Positions 12,300-26,000 of a stretch of 63,897 bases of DNA are shown here, piece by piece. Under the pieces are notes generated by a model. It made no database searches, was not told the DNA's origin, and worked only from the letters and a program-made list of their open reading frames with translations. Every line of letters begins with the position of its first letter. The stretch's first letter is position 1. The DNA comes from Octopus bimaculoides (Eukaryota). Where the stretch lies: positions 41,256,103-41,319,999 of the forward strand of contig NC_068981.1 of the NCBI RefSeq assembly GCF_001194135.2. The letters are read 5' to 3'. The position numbers were made by a program, and so were the translations under genes.

Positions 12300-15200
12300 A
12301 CTTCTTCCAGTTTCTGTCTACCAAATCCACTCACAAAGCTANNNNNNNNNNNNNNNNNNNNNNNNNNNNNNNNNNNNNNNNNNNNNNNNNNNNNNNNNNN
12401 NNNNNNNNNNNNNNNNNNNNNNNNNNNNNNNNNNNNNNNNNNNNNNNNNNNNNNNNNNNNNNNNNNNNNNNNNNNNNNNNNNNNNNNNNNNNNNNNNNNN
12501 NNNNNNNNNNNNNNNNNNNNNNTATATATATATATATATTATATATATATATATATATATATTGGCCTGAGGCTATAGTATAACACACTTACCAAAGGTG
12601 CCACACAGTGGGACTGAACTCGGGACCATGTGGTTGGGAAGCAAACTTCTTACACACAACCATGCCTGTGCCTATATGTATATCAATTTCAGTTCTATGT
12701 TCTTCACCTATCTGCAACAGTATGTTCATTTAAAAACTATTTAAACTTACCATATGGTAATCCTTTATCATAGAGAAATTTCAAAACTTCAAGAATTTGT
12801 CTTCCGTATCTTTGAATTTCTCTTGTTTCTAAAACACAATATGTTTTGGGTCGGGCATACTTCTTCAAAAAGTGTGCTTGCTTAGGTTTACACTTGCAAA
12901 TGTAGTCACGAAGAGTACCATGTTCATAAAAGCTCCGTATCACCATTCCACCATTTTCATTAGCAACAGCAAACTCCATAGGAGCTATAAATGGATGCTA
13001 TAAAAGAGAAAATTATTTCCTTCACAATGTCAACTTCTGCTACTGATGTAGCAACGGCAAAATTTTCCACTTTCATTTGCGAAATCTCTCACTCTCTATT
13101 TTAATGTTTTCATTTCAAGTTTTAATTTGCTATTTGCAAACAACTACGATAAATTACTGAAATAAATGTTTACTAAGCTCACAAATATAAATATTTGGTA
13201 CAAGATATTCTTTAATGAGCTTTTATTTATATGATTTCTTCATTTCATGTTTATTTCATTCATTGTTTGCAATGGTCTCTCTCTCTCTCTCTCATAAACA
13301 CACACATACTGTCTCTCTAATATAAACAAACACACACACTCCAGACTCGATTTCTTTATTACACAAATATATTAGAATTTTGCAATTCAACATGGGGCGT
13401 CCAAAAACTTTTTATTTATTTACTTTTTGCATGCCATGTTCAGCTCTACATATTTGTAGTCAGTCACACACACACAGATGTGTGTTTTTATATGTATGTT
13501 TGTATACATTTATGTATGTGTTTTTGTGTATGTGAGAGAGAAAGAGAGAGTGAAGGGTGTGTTGTCATGTATCTGTACATACATAAATACATAATCTTTT
13601 TTGTATGTGTGTGTGGAAGGGAGAGAGAGTGATGTCTAAGTGGCACTTTCTCTCTCTCACACACACGCACACATACATGCAAAAAGATGTATGCTTATTT
13701 ATTTATGTATGTATACATGACAACACACCCCTTCACTCTCTCTCTCTCTCTCTCACATGCGTCCACTTTATCTGATATTTGATACCGTGCATGTGTGTGT
13801 GTGCATGTGTATGGCATTTCACAATCACCATTTATTTCAATCACTCTTGTGAAGAAATTCATGTAACTCATCTTTTCATTTATTCCCCCTTATTAATTTT
13901 CAAAAAAGTTTCTGAGTGCAATGTTCTCACTCTTTACAAGAGGAGACGGGGTAGATGTAGACGATCAGAAATCTACAGTGAAGCAAAGATGAATACAGGT
14001 AGGCAGAGTCAATGTCGAATTCTGCAACTCTGTTAACTTTATTAAGTATGTTTGCAAATATATAAACAAAGGTTTAGATGCTGCAACATACATTCTTATG
14101 CAGAATGGCAGTCAGTAGATAAATAAAAATGACGAAGTTGCACAGTATGACAGAGGAAGATACATCAATACCAATGAGGCTTTTTGGTACATCTTCAGTT
14201 TCTCATTCATGAGAGGCACCCAGTCATCATTCATCTGAGTATCCATCTAGAGAATGGCTACAAGGTTATCTTTACAAAACAAAAAGCCTTGCAACAAGCA
14301 CTTTCTCCAAAAGAAACTACCCTTACTGCCTTTTTTAAGTTTGGCAAGTAGATGAAGATGCAAGAAAACTCCTTTACGCAAGTATTACACCTGAAGAAAC
14401 AATAAATGGCACAAAAGGGAACGTGGGCCCGATGCTCTTGCAAGAGTTTGCAGTGTCAACTCAAGCCAAGCAGGATGCTACTACTTATGGCTCCTTTTGC
14501 ATGGAGTACACGGTCCCAAATCATTCCACGATTTGAGGAGGGTAAATGGTCATGTGTGTGAAAGTTATAGGGAAGTTTTTTAGAAAATGATGAGTATTGG
14601 GACCTTGCATTGACTGAAGCATCAGTATCAGATTCTCAAAAGAAACTCCATAACCTTTTTGTAATTATACTCAACATATGTTGACTTAGCAGTCCCCTAC
14701 AGCTTTGGATGAAACATCATGAGGACATGGCTGAGTACTTAAAGTATGCAGTTCAACAGGCAAACCCAGATATCAATATTCAGTTCTCTGAAACAATTTT
14801 TAACCAAGTATTGATTGAAATTGAGGATCAACCTTTGGCCATGGGAAGTAAAAATTTACAAGTCTGGCTCTGGAACGCCAAAAACAAATTGTCAAATTAG
14901 TGATTTAACTTCAAGAGACATAGCAAGAGAGACTATGGCACCACAGAGTTGGTTGCATTTGTGAATGAACATGAACCTAAACTTCTTCCAGAACAATGCT
15001 GTGCATATGATCAAATTATTTCGTCAGTCAGAGAAAAAAGCAGTGGAATTTTCTTTTTTGATGCTCCTGGTAACACAGGTAAAACATTTGTAACAACATT
15101 GCTTCTCTCCAAGGTAAAGCAACAAAAAAGAATTGCAGTTGCTGTAGCATCGTCTGACTTTGCTGCCACCATTCCCTCAGGAGGACTAACAGCTCATTCT

Positions 15201-15430
15201 GCTTTTAAATTACTGCTAAACCTAGTCACAAATGACAGTCCAATTTGTAACATAAGGAAAGATTCATGTTCAGCAGAAGTGTTGCACTAATGCTGCCTGA
15301 CCTTTTTTTTTTTTTTTCATTTATCATTATTATTATCATTATTATTTTATGTTATGAATCCAGAATTGATTTCCTATTTAATGAATAAATTGAATTCAGA
15401 ATAACAAATTATGTACATATATATGTATAT

Positions 15431-15465
<35 letters not shown>

Positions 15466-15572
15466 NNNNNNNNNNNNNNNNNNNNNNNNNNNNNNNNNNN
15501 NNNNNNNNNNNNNNNNNGAGGGAGGGAGAGAGAGAGAGGGAGAGAGAGAGGGGGGAGAGAGAGAGAGAGAGG

Positions 15573-15623
<51 letters not shown>

Positions 15624-16971
15624 ATGTAAAAGTTGTAAAGAAAATTAAAATAAAAAACAAATTTTATGTAGTGCAAATGTTATCTGATGTAGAACTTGAT
15701 ACAGTGAGTAGAATGGCTAGGTATGTTTATTATATCAAAAGTCGAGGCTTCTCAATCCTATTTCTTTTTGTTACTTTCCTAATTTTCAATCTAAATTCAC
15801 CAACCAAAACTTCTGTTTCTACCACAATAGATTTTGTGTTCTTTGTGATCATTTGAATTTTCTGGCCAAGCCACAGAAATATGAATTCTTTACTCTTGAA
15901 CAATGTCCACATCTTCCATACTTAGAACTGTATCCATCCTAATAGTTCCCGTCATGAATGTGAAACCCCCACCTGTTAGATGATATCCTTGTTACCTAGC
16001 CTTTATAATGATCCTGCCAATAGCTTTGCAAAATGTGTCCTTCAGTTCCTTTAATGTGACTTGCATGGTACATGTTAAGATTAAAATAGGTGATTCTCTT
16101 TTCTACAAAACATCTAACTGCATGACTTGCAGAATATTATAATTTATTTTTTAACATTTCAACATTACCTTTCCACTCTTGTTATTAGTTGGACAGCTTT
16201 TCAAATATATATTCACATGGATTGAGGAATATTTTGAAATTAACCTACCTGCAGATTTGGAAGCAGCTTTATCACAGCCATTAATTCTTTTGCAGGTAAA
16301 AACTTAGAAGGTCCATAATCATTCTGCAACAGAGACAAAACACATCATTAAATAGGATATAAGAGACTAAAACAAATAAAACTAGCTGGTATGTAAACAG
16401 TAATATGTTAACAACCTTTTCCTTCATGTATGCCTCAGCTCCTTCACACTTGCTAACTTTTCTTTAAGTCTTATAAAAATATTTTACCCAACTAAAAATG
16501 TCATCCCACTAAACAATATAATTCATTGTTTCTTTCCAGAATTATATTTGTCATCCACTAAACATTCTTTGCAACTAAGATGAATAAAGAATGAATGAGA
16601 CTAAGAATATATTGAAATCACTGTGATGTAATTATTAGTTGATCATCATTTGAATAGTTCAATTTTATCTTTTGTTAATATTCAGGAAATAATATATATG
16701 CATAGTGAAGTAGTTTATGTCTTCATAACATAAATGAAAGTCTGTATACCCATAACAACATCAACAAAATGTTGTATAAACTCATAACAATATCAATCAA
16801 ATAATCTACATATGCATAACAACATAAATGAAACAGTTTACATACCCATGACAATAACTGTCTTTCTTTTGGATTTTCATAAGGTTTCACTACAATATAA
16901 TGTTTCCGTAATCGCCAACCTTTAAAGAGATAGAGAAAACATGGAAAGATTTCAAAGTTTTGCAAATCATC

Positions 16972-17045
<74 letters not shown>

Positions 17046-20000
17046 GAATGAGAAGGAAAGCTTGCTACTGAATATGAAATAAAAACTGGCAATAAATAAA
17101 AGGCACAGTTCTTAACTCGAAAGATAATTACTCCAAGATTAGAAATATGCCACCACTAACTATCAATATTTCTTGTCTGATTTCAAAGAGAGGCATGCAT
17201 CATTACCATTATCTTCATTTAATGTTCCCTTTTCCATGCTGGCATGGGTTGGACAGCTTGACAAAAATAGACATGCCAGAGGGCTACACCAGATTCTATG
17301 TCTGCTTTTGTATGGTTTCTACAGCTGGATACCCTTCTTAATGGCAACCACTTAACAGAGTGTACTGGGTGCTCTTTATGTAGTATCAGCACCAATGAGG
17401 TTGCCAAGTACCCATAAAATAAGACCTCTCAACTGAGTGGGATACAGAATGGAGGGATAAGAAACTATGACAGAGGGACTAGGAGCAGGTGCCTTGCAAA
17501 AGAAGTGAATACATGTCTTGCCCACTAGGAAATTGAGAGAGAAAGAGAGAGATTTAAGATCTGGGTGCAATGTGAACACAAGACAGAACAGGATAGAAGA
17601 GCAGAAAAGGTGGATGTGTAGGTAAGTGCACTGAGTGAAGATAGTGTGACAAATGATTAGAGAGAGGAAATGATTTGGACGCAGAGGAAATTGAAGGAAA
17701 TAGGGTAACGCAAATGATTGAGAGAAAAATGAATGTTAGAATATGAGCTTTGGAGGAAGGCTTGACAGAATCTCAGTTCTTCTGAGGAAGGATCTTCTCA
17801 AGCACAGCATATCACCATTCATCTTGGTCCCCCATCATCTACTCTGAGGTGCTCAACATCTACCTTGGTCTTCCTCTTCTTCATACAGCTGTCTTTATAC
17901 AGCTGTCCTCATCCATCTGCATCACATGACCATACTAGAGCAATATTCTCTCCTGCACACCGCATATGATCTCTCTTATGCCCAATTTTTCTCTTAGCAC
18001 ATTTGTACTTTGTTGTACATGCACATCCATTAGAATATGATAGCTTCATTTCTTTCTAGTCTTTGTATGTCCTCTGCATTCACAGCACAAATTTAACAAA
18101 CATGTAACATTGCTGTTTGTACATAAGCATCTTACAATCTGCCTTTCATTCTGAGAGAAAGGCCTTTTGTTACCAACAGAGGTAAAAGTTCTCTGCATTT
18201 TCTCCAGCTAATTCTTATTCTAGCAACTATACTTTTGAAGTATCCTCTTCCACTTCTAATTAGGTCACCTAGATAACAGAAACTATCTATTACTTTTAGA
18301 AAAAGAAGTACAGGAAGCTAGGTTTTGTTTTGGTTTAGTTTAATACTTTTTATAGGAAAAAGAAATAGAATTTAGCATTGTTGCAGTATAATGGACGTTA
18401 AATATGTAGTCAATGGTAACAGTAGTTTTTGTTAATAACTTTGATGTCTTTTCCATTTGTGTGGACATTGTTATTAAGTAAGAAGTATTGCATTCATCAC
18501 AGAACAAATCAAGTTTAGTAAAAATTAAAAGCATAATATCTCTTATATAGAACCAAAATATACATCAAATTACATTAAATATGTATTGTGTAGGCCTGAA
18601 TATATAAATAACAATTAGAAACTAAAGAGAAGTGATAAATTATATATCAGTGATTAAGTAGATATAGAAGAATCCAAACAAGCAATAAACAAAATTCAAT
18701 AGGAAATATTTTACTCCTGTTGGTACTTTTGACAAAACCTGTACTATAGGATTTTGGAATTTACAGCCAGAACATTATGAAGATTTAACAAAACAGTCAA
18801 AATATATTATAGAAAAGGTAACTTCCTAAATAATTTCAGAGGAAGTAGTAAAAAAAAACCCCACCTGAAATAAATAAATAAATACACGAGACTAAAATCA
18901 TTATAGTAAAGTAATATTAACTTTTGTATGTTGTGAAGTTAAGCATTATGAGTTGTACTTCATATGTTCTTTGTTTCAGTCAAGTTAACTCAAAACAGGT
19001 TATTACTTTTTCAACATTAATGAAATAGCCTTCAGAAAGCCATCCAAAATGAAAAACTAAATTATGTTATCGATCCAGAAATGGATTTCCTATTATCTTC
19101 TGAAATAAAAAAAGGGAGAAAAAAAAAAACTCACCAAGATTGTGTAGAGGTTCCACTACTTCCCATTTTGGTTCAGATCGGAAAATCATAGAAACATGTT
19201 GTAAGGCAGTCTCTAAAAATAAACATATGTATAGAAATATACATATATATAGTTATAAGTTTGTTGTATAGTGCTCATGTGAACTGCAAATTGTCAAAAA
19301 AGAGTAAACAAGGGAAAAGAAAGCAGCAATAAATCAAGTAAAAAAAGACAGCAATTCTGAGTATGAAAAAATCTCTCTGAAAGTCAAGGGTGCTGCACTG
19401 CTTTTTGATTTTGTAAGCATATCCATAGGTGATAGAGATATTGAATCAAGAAGGTGGCCATAGCTTTGCTGGAAAATAGAGTATAATGTGGAATCTTTAG
19501 TGTAGTGATCCTCAGAGAAGCAAGATACCCAAGATATCATGGTGAGTGACAGAGGGTATTTGTTGAGGTACATGTCTTCGGGCAGCTTCTAGTAAATCAA
19601 TATTCTGAATAAGGTGCAGGTTCTAGACTGTAGATATAAACTGTGTGGGCATACAATAACATAAATAGCTTTAAATAATTAGCCAATGAGTCCGTGACAA
19701 AGGTCTTACAGAGTGATGCTAAGACACTTTTGGCCTTTTAGATGATTTTAGACACACGTTATGGAGAGAGTGGGTAAATTGCAGTTTCTTCCTGCCAGAA
19801 TGTATAATGTTGCACTTATATACAACCCAGCTTTAGTTGCCAGATGACATACATCTTCTCCAGGAGAGCTAAATGGATTGTTCTATTACAGCAACAGTTT
19901 CTACTTTGTTCCATGCACCATCGTTAAAACTGTCCTGTCTCATTTGTTAATTAATTTGCAGACAGGTAAATGAAACATATATACTTAAGCTTTTACAGAT

Positions 20001-23000
20001 GAAAATTTTGTCTCTCCCCACAGAAATGATTGATATCTTGCCCGCCAGTGAAGGAACCTTTGCATCATTGTATATCCTGCTAAAAATAGCAGCCAAGTTA
20101 CATTCAAATTACACTGTACCATCTTGAAAAGAGAGAGAGACACTGAATAACAGGTCTAGATGTACAATGCTTAAGAGAAAGATGGGGTAGTCATGCTGGA
20201 ATGCTTCTGATTATAGGTCTACTGAGTCAAGGTTGATGTGGATCTAAACAACAGCATTGTACCTATTTGGCCATTATGAATCCTCAGTTGATCTACATAA
20301 GACAAACAAACATAGCAAAACACTATACTTCCAACATGCATCAATTTTATGTTGCAACTAAGTGCTTACCTCGTAGATTATCAGAGTAATTCTTTGCATT
20401 GAGGAAACGTTTGACAATCAAGCTGGAAGCCAACAAAGGATATTCCAGTATTGAATTCAAATATTGCTGAAAATATAGAAAAGATAAATGTACCAAATTA
20501 GATTAAAATAAATAAGAAATAACTTAATCCTGCAAACAAAAACGTTTTACATATAACTAACAATCAAGTGTATAACAAAACGAGAAGCAGGCATCAATAT
20601 CATTAAAATAAGGGACGTGCCAGTGGCATGTAAAAAGCACCCACTACACTCTCAGAGTGGTTGGCGTTAGGAAGGGCATCCAGCTGTAGAAACTCTGCCA
20701 GATCAGATTGGAGTCTGGTGTAGCTATCTGGTTTGCCAGTCCCCAGTCAAATCGTCCAACCCATATTAGCATGGAAAACGGACGTTAAATGATGATGATG
20801 ATATTATACAACCATAGAAGGTTCACATACAGTACTCCAAGTTTCATAGCAAACCATGGGTATGAATTGCTTGACTGATGATCAGTAAACAATACTTGTG
20901 ACACTGTTTGTCAGCTGATGAATAGAGACTTCACACAATTGCTGGTGAACACTGACTGTCAATTGAACACAACTTCATACGCATGACTTGCCAGGAAACT
21001 TGGAGTACTGTATGTGAATTTTCCATTGTATAATATATATGTGTGTGTATATACATATGTATCATCAGTGAATGTTAAATGATGATGATAATGATATATA
21101 TATAGTTCCACCCATGTCAGCATGGAAGGCAGATGTTAAACGACGACGATGATGATATATATGTGTGTGTGTGTATACTTTTTTTTTAAGGCGTGTGGCT
21201 TCGTGGTTAGGGTATTTGGCTCATGATCGTAAGGTTGCAAGTTCAATTCCTGGCAGCACGTTGTATCCTTGAGCAAGACACTTTAATCCACGTTGCTCCA
21301 GTTCAGTCAGCTGGCAAAAATGAGTAGTATCTGTATTTCAAAAGGCCAGCCTTTTCACATTCTGGGGAGTTTAGCCACTTGCACGTTAATTTCACAAGCA
21401 GGCTGTTCCATTGATCGGATCAACTGGAACCCTCATCGTCATAAGCAATGGAATGCAGTTACTATTTTTTTTAATGCCAAAGCTTTTCTGAAAATGCAAA
21501 TTTGTGTATAAAATAATGTCACACAAAAATCTGTGATATCTTTATCCATTGGAATATTTCCAAATTTAAATATAATTACCATAATTAATCCTAAAAGTTA
21601 AAATTTATACCATCTATTTCTGATGCTGTTAAAGAATTATGACCAGCTAATATTAAAAACATTTAGGGTAAACACTTATGTGCTGACAGTACTGCTGTAC
21701 TCTTTTCTATCATATCCCATGTTGTAAATTCAAATATTCTTCAGCATTTAACCAACTGTGGTAAAATTTCCATTTCTTAATCAATATCTTCTCAGTCCTA
21801 TAAAAATTACACAGCTGATGATGAAATCCCTACATAGTATCTTGACCTGCTAAAAACAGAAGCTCAATCTCTCTCGCACTACATTTAACATCCTGTAAAA
21901 GGATTGTATATATAGGCATGGCTATGTGGTAAGAATTTTGTTTCCCAATCACATGGATCCAGGTTCAGTACCTTGGGCAAGTGTCTTCTACTTTGGGCTG
22001 TAATAGTTGAAACAAGTAAAAGATAAAAGAAAATTGGATGCTCAAAGGATCAACAATTTGCCAAACAGATGGGATTGTGTTATCAATGAAGGAAAATATT
22101 ATCTTGATTAAGTATATCAATTAAGACTGAGGAAGCATTTGTTTCTTCCAATCTTGAAATACAATGGGACTTTCTTTCCAACTTAAGATATTCCTAAACA
22201 AAAGACCAGATAGTCATGACAGGAATACTTTTGAGTCTAAGACTACTTCATCAGAGTGGGCCTGGGGGCTAAACAACATGTGATGCCTATTTAAATCTTC
22301 TTTGGCTAAACCAGTGAGTGTTGAGTACAGATCATGAATGAACAACCTTTTAATCTTTACTCCAATTTCCTATCAATCGATATAGCTAAGGTGAAATAAG
22401 TAGTGACAAGGAAACAGGGCATGTAGAAAACATAAGAAATACATTTAGAACAAGTCATATAAAAACCTGTGTTGGAGTATGCTAAAACAATACTTCTTCA
22501 GATAAAACATTAGATTTGGGACGACACACTAGTGTTGTTGTGGCAACTATTTCAGATCTTGAGTTCTATGTACAGCTAGAAGTGGATGGTTGTGATATTT
22601 ACCAGTGAAGGGGAAGGTGACCTGTTATGCATGATACTTTACTTGCCAGTCATTTCACAGTAATTAGGAGATAATGAAACACAGGTTTTAAAAATAACTT
22701 TATAGCAAACTTTATTACTTTTTTTTTTTTTATCTCAGTAACAATATAAAAAATGCCATTGTCAGTATCATCATCATCATCATCATCATTATTATGTTTG
22801 GTTTGAGATTATTTTATAATTTTGAAGTATTTAGTTTGAGTTTGCTACTTTCCAAAATTTGGATACTGCCACAGTCAATTTTCATCTTTCTATACATTAT
22901 AAAAAAAAGTAGTCAAATACAAGGGTTAATTTAATTTACTACCTTCATCTGCACTAGTGTGGAAAATCATTATTATAGTCATAATATCATCATCGTTTAA

Positions 23001-26000
23001 TGTCCATTTTCCATGCTGGCATGGGTTGGACGGTTCGACTGGAGTCTGGGAAGCCAGGTGGCTGCATAAGGCTCCAGTCTGATTTGGCAGTGTTTCTACA
23101 GCTGGATGCCCTTCCTAACGCCAACCACTCTGTGAGTGTAGTGGGTGCTTTTTACGTTCCACTGGCACAGGGGCCAGAGGAGGCTGGCAACGGCCACGGT
23201 TGGTTGGTGCTTTTTACATGCCACTGGCACGGAAGCCAGTCAAGGCAGCGCTGGCATCCGCCAGGTTCGGATGGTGCTTTTTACGTGCCACCAGCACAGG
23301 TATCACAACTACAATTTCCATTTGATTTTCATTTTGATGTTGATGTACTTGACTCAATAGGTTTCCTCAAGCACAGCAGATCACCCTACGATCCAAGGTA
23401 CTTTTGAATGGGCTGGGGCTGGTTGTGCGAAGCTGGTGTAGGATACAGCCGTGAACTCACTTTATTTGCTGGGTCTTCGCAGTCACAGCATATCTCCAGA
23501 GGTCGCGGTCTTTCGTTATTGCCTCTGTGAGGTCCAATGTTCGAAGGTCATGCTTGACCACCTCATCCCATGTCTTCATGGATCTACCTCTACCCCAGAT
23601 TCCTTCAAGTGTTTTGGAGTGGCACTTCACACATCTCTCCTCATCCATCCGTAGTACATGACCATACCAGCACAAGCATCTCTCTTGCATGCCACATCCG
23701 ATGCTTCTTATGTCCTACATTTCTCTCAGAGTGCTTACACTCCGTCATGTGTGCACATTGACATTACACATCCAGCAGAACCAACTAGCTTCATTGCTTT
23801 CAAGACTATGCATGTCCTCCACAGTCATGGCCTATGTTTCACTGCCGTGGAGTATGGCAGTTCACACACATGCATCATACAATCTATCTTTCACTCTGAG
23901 AGAGAGGCCCTTTGTCACCAGTAGTAGTAGGAGCTTTCTGAACTTTGCCCAGGCTATTCTTATTCTAGTGGTAACACTCTCTGAGCATCCACCCCACTAC
24001 TAACTTGGTCATCTAGGTAGTGGAAGTTATCAACTACTTCTAGTTTCTTCCCCTGGAGTGTGATGGAATCTGTTTTCTGAGCATCTGTGGTGTTTATTGC
24101 CCCTATGCATCTGCCACATACAAAAGCTATCTTCTCGGTTAATCTTCCTTTGATGTCGCTGCACCTCTTATGTGTCCATAGCTTACACTGGGTACATCTT
24201 ATGGAGTTTCTACCTACACCTTTTCTACAGATCAAGCAGGGCCACCTACCTGAGAGGGTGAGTGATGTGTTCGCCTTCCAACTTACTAGAACTTTGGTCT
24301 TTGCAACATTGACTCTAAGGCCTTTTAACAAACATGTATAATATCTAGATATGTTTTTTTTTTTTTTTTCAACAAAAAATAAGAAAAAGATCACGACCAG
24401 TAGATTCTAAAATGAGATCAGTTATAATCTGATAAATCCATACATACTTGCAGTCCTAATTGCCTTTCAGCAACAAACTCTCGTTCCATATTTCCAAACA
24501 TCTTTTTAGGTGGTATAGCTAGTTCAATATTGGACATGTGTAACTCTGCATCCAAAGCCACAAAATCACTGTACCGTTTTTTAATGGTCCAGTTATTTTC
24601 AGTAACAGCACCCCTTTGCACTCGAACAATATATTCCTGAAAATAAAACAAACTAAAGTTATAACAAAAACAAACAAGCAAATATTTATTCAATGAATAA
24701 ATTGTTGAATGAAAGAGATATACCACATTGCATCAATGGTTATTTATTTAAAATTTATCCTCAGATGGATGAAATGTAAAGTCAAACACATGTAAGATTT
24801 TAAATTGGAATTAAAAGGCATAAACCAAAACTAATGTAATGTATTTAGTACAACACTTAAGTGTCTAAACCAATCCTACTTCCCTCGAATGTATATAAAC
24901 TGAAAAATATCAAACATAAAAGAAATGCCAGAAGTTTCCCATATAAATCTGTCATTATCAGTTATCGTTTGTTGTTCTGTTGAGTCTGTGGTGGAGGTGA
25001 GATTAAATTCTATAACCTATTGGATTGCACAACCCATACCAGCATGGAAAGCAGATGTTAAATGATGATGATGGATGATGACATACCACCAAAACTTGTC
25101 AAAATTCATCTTTCTCAAACTATATTCAAAGAGAGTAGAATCCAACATTTCGAGCTTCACTTGTTATTTTAAGTAGATAATAATTATGGTATCAACTTAC
25201 ATCTGAAGTACGAATGACTATTGCAAGATAAAAGTGTCTTGGTCATGTCTGGTAAAAGGAACTGCTCTTATCAACTATAGATATCTGACAACCATCCAAT
25301 GATATAGTCTTACAGCCAATTAACTCAACTAGTTATGGTTCTTTTATAGGTCTATAAACTGGAAATCTGTGTCAGCGCATCATGTATCATATCAACTATG
25401 ACTGATGGTATTAGAAATAGTAAAATATAAATAGCATTTATATAGTAGCCACATTTCCTAAAATCACTACCATCTTTAAAAAAATGGGAGAATATTTTGG
25501 ACAATGTATTCCTAAATACCCCAAAAGATGGGTTGTAATGGTAGGAATATTTATGATCATAATACAACTCAATCAAAGCTGATCTGGGGCTAAGCAACTA
25601 CATAAACATGGGATATGTTTGCAACGAGGAGGCAAACATATTCTTATAACTTAAAGAAGTTCACTATGAGGAAGAGAAATCTAACATTTTAGACAGAACC
25701 CTATACCAGAAAATTCTACTCGTAACAAAACTTTCCAAATTTTCCTCAGAGCAAAATAATATATTTTATTTTGCAAACCTTTTCTACTTTGTATTTGGAA
25801 AATAGTTTCCTGGTATTCTGATGTTTCATTTTCTTGTCTCTAATGATTTAAAGATTTAATCTCAACAATAAAACTGCTATTGATAGACTTACATTCCCTT
25901 TTTATCTACCGTCATCATTAAGTATTTCCAGTTCCCACTTTTCATGGAACTGGGTGCTCTTCCTATCACAAATCATAAACTAGGTTCACTAACATTGTAT

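Noticed and set aside
21189-21262. tRNA gene
   Set aside because: No cloverleaf 3' acceptor strand; continues into a SINE body found elsewhere in the window.
21814-21826. CTGATGA-T-GAAA hammerhead core
   Set aside because: No stem II, stem III or stem I pairing.
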